Below, piece by piece: positions 20,970 through 30,225 of a DNA stretch of 64,000 nucleotides (position 1 is the stretch's first letter; each line of letters opens with the position of its first letter). The DNA is from an uncultured candidate division Zixibacteria bacterium (lineage in GTDB: Bacteria; Zixibacteria; MSB-5A5; GN15; FEB-12): the NCBI GenBank assembly GCA_963735035.1, contig CAVTJJ010000006.1, forward strand, positions 32,001-96,000, read 5' to 3'. Position numbers and translations under genes: made by a program. The notes under the pieces are model-generated. The model worked only from the letters and a program-made list of their open reading frames with translations, was not told the origin of the DNA and ran no database searches.

Positions 20970-22673
20970 ATGACCCAGGCAGCACCATTACAGACTAAGG
21001 AAGTCAAGATTGGCCCGTATGTCCTGACCGGCAAAGTCGGCCAGGGTGGAATTGCGGAAATATTCCGGGCTCGCCAGGAGTCGCTCAATCGCGATGTCGC
21101 CATCAAGATCCTGTTCTCCAAGTTCTGTGACGATCCCGAAGTCCTGCGGCGTTTCGAGCGGGAATCGGTGGTGATCGCCCGCCTGAACCATCCCAACATC
21201 GTGCATGTCATCGACAAGGGGAAGGCCGGCAATCGTTACTACTTCGTGATGGAGTATGTCGATGGCACTTCTCTCAGGGAAGTCATCGACTCCACCAAGA
21301 TACCGCGTCGCACCAAGCTGGAGATGGTGGCTCAGGTATGCAAGGCGCTCGACTACGCTCACAAGAACGGGGTCATCCATAGAGACATCAAGCCGGCCAA
21401 TATTCTGGTGGACCGCGAAGGCAATCCGATGGTTGCCGATTTCGGTATCGCGCAGATAGTCGGACCGGGCGACGGCGAAGTGACCGGGTCGGATCTGGTC
21501 ATGGGGACGCTGGCCTACATGTCGCCGGAGCAGAAAATCAGCACGACCAATGTCGATCAGACCACCGACATCTACGCCATGGGCGTGATCATCTATGAGA
21601 TTCTGACCGGGAAGAAACCGCTCGGAAGGTTCAAGATGCCGTCCGAGCTCGATAATGCGATCGGGATCGAGTATGACACGATCATTCAGAGATGCCTGGC
21701 CCAGGAGCCGAAAGACCGATTCCAGTCGGCGGCTGACCTCAAGAACGCCATTCTGAACGCCATCGGCGGCGGGACGACCCAGAAGAAGACCTCGGAATTC
21801 GCCGTGGCGGATGTCGAATCATTCGTCGGAAACTGTCAGTACCTGGATACGATCAAAGAGAACAAATCGTCGTCCACCATCCTGGTGGAAAACAAGGTCA
21901 GCAAGCGGCTCTATGTCATCAAGAAGCACAACAAGGGCGAAACCGGCCGCAAGGAAGCCAAGCTGCTTTCTACTCTGAAGCATAAGAATATTATCAACGT
22001 GCTCGGTACCGGGGGCGACCTCAAGCATACGGTAGTGGTTAGCGACTATGCGCAGGGTGGATCACTGGCCGAGCGCATGGTGCGGCGGTATGACTGGGAG
22101 AAGGCGATGACCATCGGTTTGCAGATAGCGGCCGGTCTCGATTTCGCCCACAAGAATAACGTCATCCACGGCGACCTGAGGCCGTCGAATATACTCTTCG
22201 ACGCCGAAGACGTGGTGAAGGTCAGTGACTTCGGGTTCCCGGCGCATTTCGATGCCAACGGCAAGAAGAACTGGTACAGTCCGCCCGAAAGAAAAGCCTC
22301 GCGCCAGGGCGACATCTATGCGGCCGGTGTCATCCTGCACCAGCTCATGACCGGTCGCAACCCGACCTATGATGCAGCTCATAATCTTCGGCTGGACGAC
22401 GTATCTGGCCAGATTCCGGATGAGATTCAGAAGATTCTCACCAAACTGCTGGCCGTTCGGGTGACGCAGCGCTACACTAATATGAGCGAGATGCTGCTCG
22501 ACTACGAAGACTTCAACCAACGCCGTCAGATTGCCCTGCGTCGTGCCCAGGCTCCTGTAGCTGCACCGGAGCCGATCAAGAAGACCCCGCCGAACTGGAT
22601 GATCGTCGGAGGCGCGGTGGCTTTGATTACGATTATCATCGTAGTTCTCATCCTTGTCGGTGCCTTCAAATAG
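20970..22673 (+). CDS. Hanks-type Ser/Thr kinase with two kinase domains and a C-terminal TM anchor
   Basis: Domain 1: GQGG, VAIK, HRDIKPAN, DFG, YMSPE. Domain 2: VIKK, HGDLRPSN, DFG, YSPPE. ATG 20970 follows GGAG. Confidence 0.9.
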   Translation: MTQAAPLQTKEVKIGPYVLTGKVGQGGIAEIFRARQESLNRDVAIKILFSKFCDDPEVLRRFERESVVIARLNHPNIVHVIDKGKAGNRYYFVMEYVDGTSLREVIDSTKIPRRTKLEMVAQVCKALDYAHKNGVIHRDIKPANILVDREGNPMVADFGIAQIVGPGDGEVTGSDLVMGTLAYMSPEQKISTTNVDQTTDIYAMGVIIYEILTGKKPLGRFKMPSELDNAIGIEYDTIIQRCLAQEPKDRFQSAADLKNAILNAIGGGTTQKKTSEFAVADVESFVGNCQYLDTIKENKSSSTILVENKVSKRLYVIKKHNKGETGRKEAKLLSTLKHKNIINVLGTGGDLKHTVVVSDYAQGGSLAERMVRRYDWEKAMTIGLQIAAGLDFAHKNNVIHGDLRPSNILFDAEDVVKVSDFGFPAHFDANGKKNWYSPPERKASRQGDIYAAGVILHQLMTGRNPTYDAAHNLRLDDVSGQIPDEIQKILTKLLAVRVTQRYTNMSEMLLDYEDFNQRRQIALRRAQAPVAAPEPIKKTPPNWMIVGGAVALITIIIVVLILVGAFK

Positions 22674-22807
22674 CCTTCATCCGGTCGCATCCACCAAAAA
22701 ACAGTTGCATGAACGTGGACCGTACTATAAGTTATGGATAGGACGAGTTGCCCGTCTTTTGCTCGCTCTTTCCGCCAGATTCGATGTGCGTCCGAAAGGA
22801 GACAGGT

Positions 22808-23404
22808 ATGTTTCTAGTCAAAGCGCTGGGTGTGGTCTGCATGCTCTTGATGTGTAGTCAAGTGTGTGCCCAGGTGAATTTCGGTTGCGGAGTTGTCGAA
22901 GGTGCTACGGAGGGCGGGTGTTTTTTGTTCCGTGCCTCGGACGGATACCTCCACTGGCTGGATAACTATGGGGCCTTTGTTCCCGGGGATCTCGTGCAGG
23001 TGATCGGCCGAGAAGCCACGATAAGTGACGTAGCTGCCGGTCTATGCCCCTACTGCGGTACGTTTCAGTATCCATGTATCCTCAACGTGCAGATCAGCGA
23101 ATGCCAGCCGGCCGGACCTTGTTGCGTCGGCAAGCTTGGCGATGCGAACGGTATCGGAGGCGATGTACCCACGATCGGGGACATTAGCGTGATGATTGAC
23201 GCAAAGTTCATTACCGGTCAGTGCATTGCGGGCGGCCCGACCTCCAACATCGTGTGTCTGGCGGAGGCCGATTTCAATCAATCGGGCGGATGTAATCCCA
23301 CCTGTGCTGACATAACAATCGGGGATATTGCCAGCATTATTGATTGCCTGTTCATTTCACAATGCTTGGAAGTGAATTGGCCAAATTGTCTGGTTTGCCC
23401 GTGA
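22808..23404 (+). CDS. Small secreted Cys-rich protein with dockerin-like C-terminus
   Basis: ATG follows AAGGAG; signal peptide; ~85-aa Cys-rich beta domain; CCVGKLGDANG...ADFNQSGG...PNCL from 23120. Confidence 0.8.
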   Translation: MFLVKALGVVCMLLMCSQVCAQVNFGCGVVEGATEGGCFLFRASDGYLHWLDNYGAFVPGDLVQVIGREATISDVAAGLCPYCGTFQYPCILNVQISECQPAGPCCVGKLGDANGIGGDVPTIGDISVMIDAKFITGQCIAGGPTSNIVCLAEADFNQSGGCNPTCADITIGDIASIIDCLFISQCLEVNWPNCLVCP

Positions 23405-23552
23405 CGAGTTCACTGAATCGCAATTGATTACCCTGTCGATAGCGGTGGCCGGGAGACTCGCCTCGGCCACCCGAATAAGCACATACCTCTATTTGACAAA
23501 ACCGATCTACCTCGTATATTGAATCAAAGTACTCGCCGGTCCGATTGAGAAT

Positions 23553-24623
23553 ATGTCGAATACATTTCATTGTAAACTCTGGTTCCTCCCCATACTAATC
23601 GTTCCGTTTTTGTGCGGCTCTACGGTATGTGCCGCTCAGGACCCTCTCGATCTAGGAGCGGCCGATTCGGTAACGGCGGTTGTGTCGCAGCCACGTCTCG
23701 GAGTAGATCACAAAGCCACGGTCGAGATTTACTTTTTCAACGACGCTCAAGCCATAATTGGAGCCTCGATAGGCTTTACCTGGGACAGCGATAAGTTCAA
23801 CCTCGATTCGGTTGTGTTTTCTCCTCAGGCGAAAACGTCCTTTTCCATGTTCCGTTACGGCCTCTATAAGGCGGATCGGGACAGTTCCAACGCCAACAAC
23901 CGCTTTCAATGCAGCGGCGGCGGGTTCCCGGCGGACGCAATTCCGTTCAGCGCCCAACCCAAACTAATTGCGAAGTATTTCTTCAGCATTTCCGGCTGGG
24001 CCGGCGGGGAAACGTTCTGTATCGATTCGGCCAATTTCGTGAACGCATCCTTTGTCAGTGCCTCCGGATCGGAATACTCGATCAATTGGCAGGGTCAGAG
24101 TTGTGTCAGCGCCGGTTCCGACGGCGATGCTGACGGAGTTGGCGACGCCTGGGACAACTGCCCCGGGGTGTCGAACTCGGACCAACTCGATGCTGACGGC
24201 GACGGCCTGGGAGACGTCTGCGACAATTGCACTGATACCGATCATGACGGATTCGGCAATCCCGGCTATCCTGCTAACACTTGTACGGTGGACAACTGCC
24301 CGACACTTTCTAATCCGGGTCAGGAAGATCAGGACGGCGACGGGATAGGGGACGCCTGCCAGTTTGGTTGCTGCCGCGGTCAGGTGGGAGACGCCAACGG
24401 GGAAGGTGGCGACGAACCGACCATCGGCGACATTGCAGTTATTATCGATATGCTGTTTATATCCGGTTCGCCGGCCTCAGTGGCTTGCCTGGCCGAGGCG
24501 GATATCAACCAGTCGGGGGGAGCAAGCCCGATCAAGGACGACATTACGATTGGCGACGTATCAGTGTTGATCGACTATCTGTTTATCACCGGCCCATCGC
24601 TCGGCCTGCCGAACTGCTTATGA
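23553..24623 (+). CDS. Secreted cohesin-like + thrombospondin type 3 repeats + dockerin-like protein (no catalytic domain)
   Basis: ATVEIYFFND..IGFTWDS..LDSVVF cohesin-like; DxDGDGxGDxCDNC repeats; dockerin-like from 24369; TTGACA-16-TATATT promoter at 23493. Confidence 0.8.
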   Translation: MSNTFHCKLWFLPILIVPFLCGSTVCAAQDPLDLGAADSVTAVVSQPRLGVDHKATVEIYFFNDAQAIIGASIGFTWDSDKFNLDSVVFSPQAKTSFSMFRYGLYKADRDSSNANNRFQCSGGGFPADAIPFSAQPKLIAKYFFSISGWAGGETFCIDSANFVNASFVSASGSEYSINWQGQSCVSAGSDGDADGVGDAWDNCPGVSNSDQLDADGDGLGDVCDNCTDTDHDGFGNPGYPANTCTVDNCPTLSNPGQEDQDGDGIGDACQFGCCRGQVGDANGEGGDEPTIGDIAVIIDMLFISGSPASVACLAEADINQSGGASPIKDDITIGDVSVLIDYLFITGPSLGLPNCL

Positions 24624-24656
24624 TTTTTTTCATCACATCGTGACAATAGACAGTAA

Positions 24657-24680
24657 GTCAGGAGCCCTTAGGCTCCTGAC
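24657..24680. terminator. Hairpin between convergent genes
   Basis: GTCAGGAGCC-CTTA-GGCTCCTGAC. Confidence 0.55.
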
Positions 24681-24700
24681 CTACTAATATCAAGACCCGC

Positions 24701-25606
24701 TCACATCATCCGAATCGTGAAACCCAGCGCCAGCGTCTCTTTGAACCGCCCACGAGCATCGATGTCACGGTCGTACAGGAGCTGTGTGTAAAGGCTCACG
24801 TTGACTATCTTCGTCACGGACGCGGTAATTGCATTCTCGAAATTAACATCCGGTGTCGACCAGTGTACGCCAACATTTTGCTTTCCCAGCGGCTGCTCGC
24901 GGTTCGATTCCGATGAAAACAACGCCTTGAATATGGAGAGTTTGCCGACGTATTGGATGTTCTGCGCCAGGTTCAGAGTCGCATCGGTGACCGATTCCAT
25001 ACCGCCGTCGGTGATGGTCGAGTCAGTTGTAGCCAGGGTAATCGTATCAATCACGGATCGTTTCAGGATCTCGCGAATCGCCAGACCGAGTCGGCTCGTC
25101 ACGGTCTGTTTGTCTTTCTTGTAGAATTCACGCGCCACACCGAACGATTCGGTAAACTTGATCGGGCTCAGGTAGAGTTTCTTCATCGGCCAGGTACCGT
25201 CGTAGAACTGGCTCTCGACACGGAACGCCGCATAAGGATCAACCACGCCACCAAGGGTGAAGCGCAAGACGTCTTCCCAATCGATCAGGTCGGTCGATTT
25301 TACGGGTTTGGCCCACTTGTTGGTTTCAGCATCCTGGGCATGAGTCTGCCCGAATTTCAACCGAAGGGTTGACTTGAGATTAATTTTGGGACTGAGCGCG
25401 CGCTCCGCGGTACCGTCGAGATTCCATACCCAGTTGACCGAACCGGCTTCGCCTCCCACCCAGGAGTTGGAATATGAGGTCTGAGTGACCGTCAGATTGG
25501 TGACCAATGACTTGGCCCATCCGGCCTTGGCCGAATCTCCTTGTGCTTGTGCGGCTGCAGCCGCGAGGATCAGAACAGCCGCAAGAGTTAGAGTCTTGAT
25601 GCGCAT
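24701..25606 (-). CDS. DUF3078-like outer-membrane beta-barrel protein
   Basis: Signal peptide; TQTSYSNSWVGGE motif; amphipathic strands. Confidence 0.75.
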   Translation of the reverse strand: MRIKTLTLAAVLILAAAAAQAQGDSAKAGWAKSLVTNLTVTQTSYSNSWVGGEAGSVNWVWNLDGTAERALSPKINLKSTLRLKFGQTHAQDAETNKWAKPVKSTDLIDWEDVLRFTLGGVVDPYAAFRVESQFYDGTWPMKKLYLSPIKFTESFGVAREFYKKDKQTVTSRLGLAIREILKRSVIDTITLATTDSTITDGGMESVTDATLNLAQNIQYVGKLSIFKALFSSESNREQPLGKQNVGVHWSTPDVNFENAITASVTKIVNVSLYTQLLYDRDIDARGRFKETLALGFTIRMM

Positions 25607-25690
25607 GATCTATCCTTTCTATTTTGCTGATGTGTGAGAATTCGCCTGAGTAGGACTATCCATATATTACCCAGCCCGGTCGGTCGATGC

Positions 25691-26527
25691 CTATGACTGC
25701 TTATTACTGAAGGATTCATCGTCGTTCGGATAGTCGCCCTTCCGGACATCTTCGATAAAGCGGCGGGCGGCATCGGAAATCACCGGTGGCAGATCGGCGT
25801 ATTCGCGTACGAAACGCGGTTTGAAACCCGGTTCGCGCAGGCCGAGAATATCGTTTATGACCAGCACCTGACCGTCGCAACGAGGTCCGGCGCCGATACC
25901 AATCGTAGCTGTCGTCTTCAAGCTGGAAGTTATCTCAGCGGCCGTTTCACTCGCCATCAATTCGAGCACCATCGAGAAACAACCGGCCTCTTGAAGGGCC
26001 AGCGCTGACTCCATCAGGTAAGTGCGCGACTTATCCGTCTTGCCCTGGACCTTTGGTCCGCCGAAGCGATTGATAGACTGAGGCGTCAACCCTAGGTGAC
26101 CCATCACTGGGATACCGCATTCGATCAGACGCCGCACGGTCGGAACCATTTCGAGACCGCCTTCGATCTTAACAGCTTCGGCGTTGCCTTCGGCGAGGAA
26201 TCGTCCGGCGTTTCGAACGGCGGTTTCGATCGAAGGTTGATACGACATGAACGGCATGTCTGCGACTACCAGCGCCCGGGTTCGTCCGCGAGCCACCGCG
26301 GCGGTGTGACTGACCATGACATCCATCCCGATCGGCAGGGTGGAAGCATACCCGTGAATCACGTTGGCCGCGGAATCGCCTACTAATAGGATATCGATAC
26401 CGGCTTCGTCGAGCAGACGGGCGGTGAAATAGTCATAGGCTGTCAACACGGCGATCTTCTCGCCATGCTTCTTCATCCGCACGATAGTATGGACGGTTAT
26501 CTTGTCACGCTTTTCTATTACCGACAT
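25691..26527 (-). CDS. panB: 3-methyl-2-oxobutanoate hydroxymethyltransferase
   Basis: LTAYD, LVGDS, DMPFMSY, VKIEGG, GHLGLTPQS, IGIGAG. Confidence 0.97.
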   Translation of the reverse strand: MSVIEKRDKITVHTIVRMKKHGEKIAVLTAYDYFTARLLDEAGIDILLVGDSAANVIHGYASTLPIGMDVMVSHTAAVARGRTRALVVADMPFMSYQPSIETAVRNAGRFLAEGNAEAVKIEGGLEMVPTVRRLIECGIPVMGHLGLTPQSINRFGGPKVQGKTDKSRTYLMESALALQEAGCFSMVLELMASETAAEITSSLKTTATIGIGAGPRCDGQVLVINDILGLREPGFKPRFVREYADLPPVISDAARRFIEDVRKGDYPNDDESFSNKQS

Positions 26528-26530
26528 GGA

Positions 26531-27199
26531 TTAACTCTCGGACTGGGCCTGACCCGACGAGGGACTGTAATATTTCTTGCCGGCCAACGGTTTTGAAATC
26601 TGATCTATGAGATCATCGAAATGTTCCGGACGGTGGACGAAATCAATCTCATCGGTCTTGACTACGAGCAGCGGGGTGTCGCTGTAGTGGAAGAAGAAGT
26701 AGTCATAGGCGTTGTTCAGCAATTCGATGTATTCGGAATCGATCGGCTTCTCGAACGGGTGGTTCCGCCGGCGGATGCGGTCCAGAAGCACTCTTGTAGA
26801 CGCCTGTAGATATATCACCAGGTCGGGAGCGGGAACGTCGCGTGACAGCGTCGGAGCGATCTTGTTGTAGAGAGTCAACTCGCGTTCCGACAGGATAACC
26901 GAAGCAAAGATAGCGTCTTTGGCGAACAGATAGTCGGCGACAATCTTCTGTGCGAACAGGTCGCGCACCATCAGTTGCTGTTGCTGCTGAAAACGGGATA
27001 TCAGGAAGTAGAGCTGGCAGGACAGAGCGTAACGCTTGCGGTCCTTGTAGAAATCCGCCAGGAAGGGATTTTCAAGGACTTCTTCGTTTATCAACCGTGC
27101 GCTCAACCGCTCGGCCAGCATCTGGGCGAACGAAGTCTTGCCGACCCCGATCACACCTTCCACCGCGATGTAGCCTGATTCAAGTTTGTCTTGGGACAT
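26531..27199 (-). CDS. Deoxynucleoside kinase
   Basis: IAVEGVIGVGKT P-loop, NPFLADFY, PDLVIYLQAS; start at MSQDK. Confidence 0.92.
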   Translation of the reverse strand: MSQDKLESGYIAVEGVIGVGKTSFAQMLAERLSARLINEEVLENPFLADFYKDRKRYALSCQLYFLISRFQQQQQLMVRDLFAQKIVADYLFAKDAIFASVILSERELTLYNKIAPTLSRDVPAPDLVIYLQASTRVLLDRIRRRNHPFEKPIDSEYIELLNNAYDYFFFHYSDTPLLVVKTDEIDFVHRPEHFDDLIDQISKPLAGKKYYSPSSGQAQSES

Positions 27200-27692
27200 G
27201 GTCCTTATAAACCTCAATCTCGGCCCGACCGGCCCTTGTGGCTGATGCTGACAGCGGCTTGCCCGAAACCGGGTCAACCAAATCGGGGTCGATCTCCAGT
27301 AGTGGTACGAGGACAAAAGCCCGCTTGATCAACCGGCGATGCGGGATTTGCAGGCGGTCGGTCTTGATTTGGCTTTGACCAAACAGCAGTATGTCCAGAT
27401 CAATTGTCCGGGCCAGTTTTTCGCCTTTGGCGTCGCGTCCCAGCGCACTCTCTATCTCCTCAAGGGCTGTCAGGAGTTGTTCGGCTGAGTACGTATACTC
27501 GCCTTTCACGACCTGGTTCAGAAACGAGGGAGAATCCTTGGCCATTTCCTTGGCCGGACCGACATAAATGGCCGAAACCGCCGTGAGTTCGAGTCCGTCG
27601 ACTTCGTTAAGGCGGCTTAGAGCCTGCTTGAGAAACCATTCCCGGTCGCCCAGGTTGGATCCGAGTGCGATATAGACCGTTTCGGTGCTCAG
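27180..27692 (-). CDS. folK: 2-amino-4-hydroxy-6-hydroxymethyldihydropteridine pyrophosphokinase
   Basis: Frame extends upstream of the annotated ATG to VYIALGSNLGDR; FLNQV, RTIDLDILLFG, IPH. Only CTG (27692) is available as a start. Confidence 0.9.
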   Translation of the reverse strand: MSTETVYIALGSNLGDREWFLKQALSRLNEVDGLELTAVSAIYVGPAKEMAKDSPSFLNQVVKGEYTYSAEQLLTALEEIESALGRDAKGEKLARTIDLDILLFGQSQIKTDRLQIPHRRLIKRAFVLVPLLEIDPDLVDPVSGKPLSASATRAGRAEIEVYKDHVPRQT

Positions 27693-27693
27693 G

Positions 27694-28104
27694 TTATTTG
27701 GTCTCCGTCGAGCCAGAGTTCAGTGTCGCCAGTTTCGAAGTATCTCCCTGATACCGGGTGACTTCGACCTCAATATATCTTGCCGGTCCGGTCACCGGGG
27801 GATGAAGCTTACGAATCTTCAAAGTTACGCCGTAGATCGGAAACTTGTCAAGCAGTATGCCGGCCAAATCGGCGGCCAGACCTTCCAGGAGCGCATACGC
27901 TTTTCCTTCGACGGCGTCCTTAATAGAGGAATACACCTGACCATAGTCAATCGTGTCGCTCAGATCGTCGGTATGACCGGCGGCGGCCAGGTCGGTTTGA
28001 ATTTCGCAGTCGACTTCGAAGAGTCGGCCGGTTTCCTTCTCGGCAGCACTGACGCCGTGATAACCGTAGAAAGTAAGCCCGACCAGGCGAATGACATCTT
28101 TCAT
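27694..28104 (-). CDS. folB: Dihydroneopterin aldolase
   Basis: FYGYHGVSAAEKETG, DDLSDTIDY, LLEGLA; ATGA overlap with the upstream gene. Confidence 0.93.
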   Translation of the reverse strand: MKDVIRLVGLTFYGYHGVSAAEKETGRLFEVDCEIQTDLAAAGHTDDLSDTIDYGQVYSSIKDAVEGKAYALLEGLAADLAGILLDKFPIYGVTLKIRKLHPPVTGPARYIEVEVTRYQGDTSKLATLNSGSTETK

Positions 28105-29282
28105 GATTCCTCCCTCGGAGTTCTGACCAGTCGACTTTTGCGCACTCGACGGCAGGCTTCGGCATATGCTTCCGGTCCGGCCAGCAGGCTGAAGCGCATA
28201 TACCCTTCGCCGTTTTCGCCGAACGCCAGACCCGGCGCCACAGCGATACGGAATCGGCGCAACAAGGTGCGACAAAGATTTGTCGAAGGCATCCGTCGCT
28301 CGATGCGAGCCCATTCGAAAGGGACCGAGGCTTGTCCGGATCGCTCCAGTCGCAGCAACTCGAGCAATTCGGTGGCTCCAGCGGCCGACCTGGCTATTTG
28401 ATCACGGATTGTCAGCAGCGCGGGTGACGGGTGGCGGCGAATCGCCTCAATCGCCGCATTCACGGCCACCGAAGGCAGGAAGTGCGGGGTGAGGCGAGCT
28501 GTCTTCTCCAGGCCACTGATGGCTTCGCGACTCCCGACCGCATATCCAAACGGAAGCGATGGCAGGCCGAACTGATAAGCGAATGATCCCAGTTCAACGC
28601 CAACTTTTTTGCCTCCGACAACAGCTATGAGCGAGACCGGGGGACGGGGTGATATTGAAGCATAAGCGGCATCGTTGACAATAAGAGTATTCTGGCGCCC
28701 GGCGGTCCAGACCAGTTCGGAAAGGTCCTTATGGCTCAGCTCCACCCCGGTGGGGTTATGGGGCGAATTCAAGAATAGCAGGCGAGCCACGCGGCCGAGA
28801 CTGGTGCTGATACGGTCAAATTTTGGCAGCCAATCGGACTTGGACGAAACCGAATAGGCAACGGGCTGGCCGTTACAGGCGGTCACACAGGCGCGATAGA
28901 GCGGCACACCCACAGCAGGGACGAACGCTGCGTCGCCGGCGTCGATATAGGCCATGGTCATCTGAAGCGTCAGGGTCGATATTCCGCCGCCGATGAAGAT
29001 CTCCTTGTCGGGGAGAATTCTCACTCCGTGTGTGCGGCCAAGCCATCCGGATAGTTCTTCGCGAAGATTAGATAGTTGCTCGTGACTGGCCGGTGCCAGT
29101 GCACCAGGCTGGAGATTCAGGCCGCTGTCGGCGGCGACGGGCCACTGGAACGAGGCGAGATCGATGACATCAGTGCGCCCCAGCCCGAAGAACTTGTGCC
29201 CGACTGGGATGAAATCGCTCACTTCGGGCGGCATCTGATAGATGCGATTGGCCTTGTCTATGACTACTTTTCGTACCGGCAA
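28101..29282 (-). CDS. Class I/II aminotransferase-fold protein (DapL-like) lacking the PLP lysine
   Basis: FLNSPHNPTG, NDAAY and GEGYMRFSL retained; SFAYQFGLPSLPFGY replaces SFSKxFGLPGLRxGY. Confidence 0.8.
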   Translation of the reverse strand: MPVRKVVIDKANRIYQMPPEVSDFIPVGHKFFGLGRTDVIDLASFQWPVAADSGLNLQPGALAPASHEQLSNLREELSGWLGRTHGVRILPDKEIFIGGGISTLTLQMTMAYIDAGDAAFVPAVGVPLYRACVTACNGQPVAYSVSSKSDWLPKFDRISTSLGRVARLLFLNSPHNPTGVELSHKDLSELVWTAGRQNTLIVNDAAYASISPRPPVSLIAVVGGKKVGVELGSFAYQFGLPSLPFGYAVGSREAISGLEKTARLTPHFLPSVAVNAAIEAIRRHPSPALLTIRDQIARSAAGATELLELLRLERSGQASVPFEWARIERRMPSTNLCRTLLRRFRIAVAPGLAFGENGEGYMRFSLLAGPEAYAEACRRVRKSRLVRTPREES

Positions 29283-29286
29283 GTCA

Positions 29287-29950
29287 CTACCTCCGTTTCA
29301 CCTGAGGTGGTGTTTCCACGGTCTGCCTCAAGGCCGCCAGGCGTTTCAATTCGTCCTCCGGAAGTTGCTGAGGAGTGCCCAGAGCCTGAGTCAGATAGAG
29401 AATATGCGCTGCGTGCTCGACATTTTCCATTCTTGATAGCGCTTGCGGAAGAGTCCGCCCTATGGTAATCAGACCGTGATTACTGAGAACAAACGCATCG
29501 TGGTCAGCCGTAAAGGGACGGAGGACTTCGCCTAGTTGAGGAGTGCCGGGCGGGGCATACGGCGTATGAGCTACCGGTCCCACCAGGACTACCATCTCCG
29601 GCAGAGACTCCCAGGCCGGCTCAATACCGGTGAGAGCGAAAGCGGTGACGTGGGGGGGGTGGGCGTGGACAACAGCGTTAATATCCGGTCGTTCGCGATA
29701 GAAATGGAGATGAGCAGCGATTTCGGACGATGGTTTGTATCTGCCCTCGATTGCTCGCACCGTCGTAATCGACGGTTACCAGATCGTCGGTATCGAGATC
29801 GTCGACAGGTAGCCCCGAGGGAGTGATGAGAATCCGTTGTGAGTCCAGGCGCACCGAGATGTTGCCGTCGGAACCGGCCACTAGTTGCTTCTTGGCAAGT
29901 CTCTTTCCTGCAGTGAGGATCTGCCGGTATAGTTCCTTGTCTGAGCCCAT
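29287..29950 (-). CDS. Class II aldolase/adducin-family protein (FucA/MtnB-like); one +1 frameshift ~29762
   Basis: GSDGNIS and ITPSG in one frame; PSSE, AVVHAHP and LSNHG in the next. Confidence 0.85.
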
Positions 29951-30177
29951 ATTGAGCAAAGTAGTGGCCCGGCCGACTGAAGTCAACAGAAGCAAGCAAG
30001 TGCACCGGTGGCGGTGGAGTGACCGCAGCTCATGTGCATTTTTTGTTCTATCAAGCCCAATGATAAGGAGTTAAGGTTACTTACCGCGAACTTCCGTGCA
30101 GAAACAGAGTATCATATGAGTAGCCCGGCACGTACTATGTTGTATGAAACAATACAGTGGCAGTCCAAAAGTATCGC

Positions 30178-30206
30178 TTGACACGGACTTAGGCCAGGAC
30201 TATCAT
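30178..30206 (+). promoter_or_regulatory. sigma70-type promoter
   Basis: TTGACA-17 nt-TATCAT. Confidence 0.6.
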
Positions 30207-30225
30207 AACAGGCTAACATTTTTCG

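Noticed and set aside
30126..30141. sigma54 site upstream of degP
   Set aside because: CGGCACGTACTATGT has GT rather than GC at -12, and a good sigma70 promoter lies downstream.
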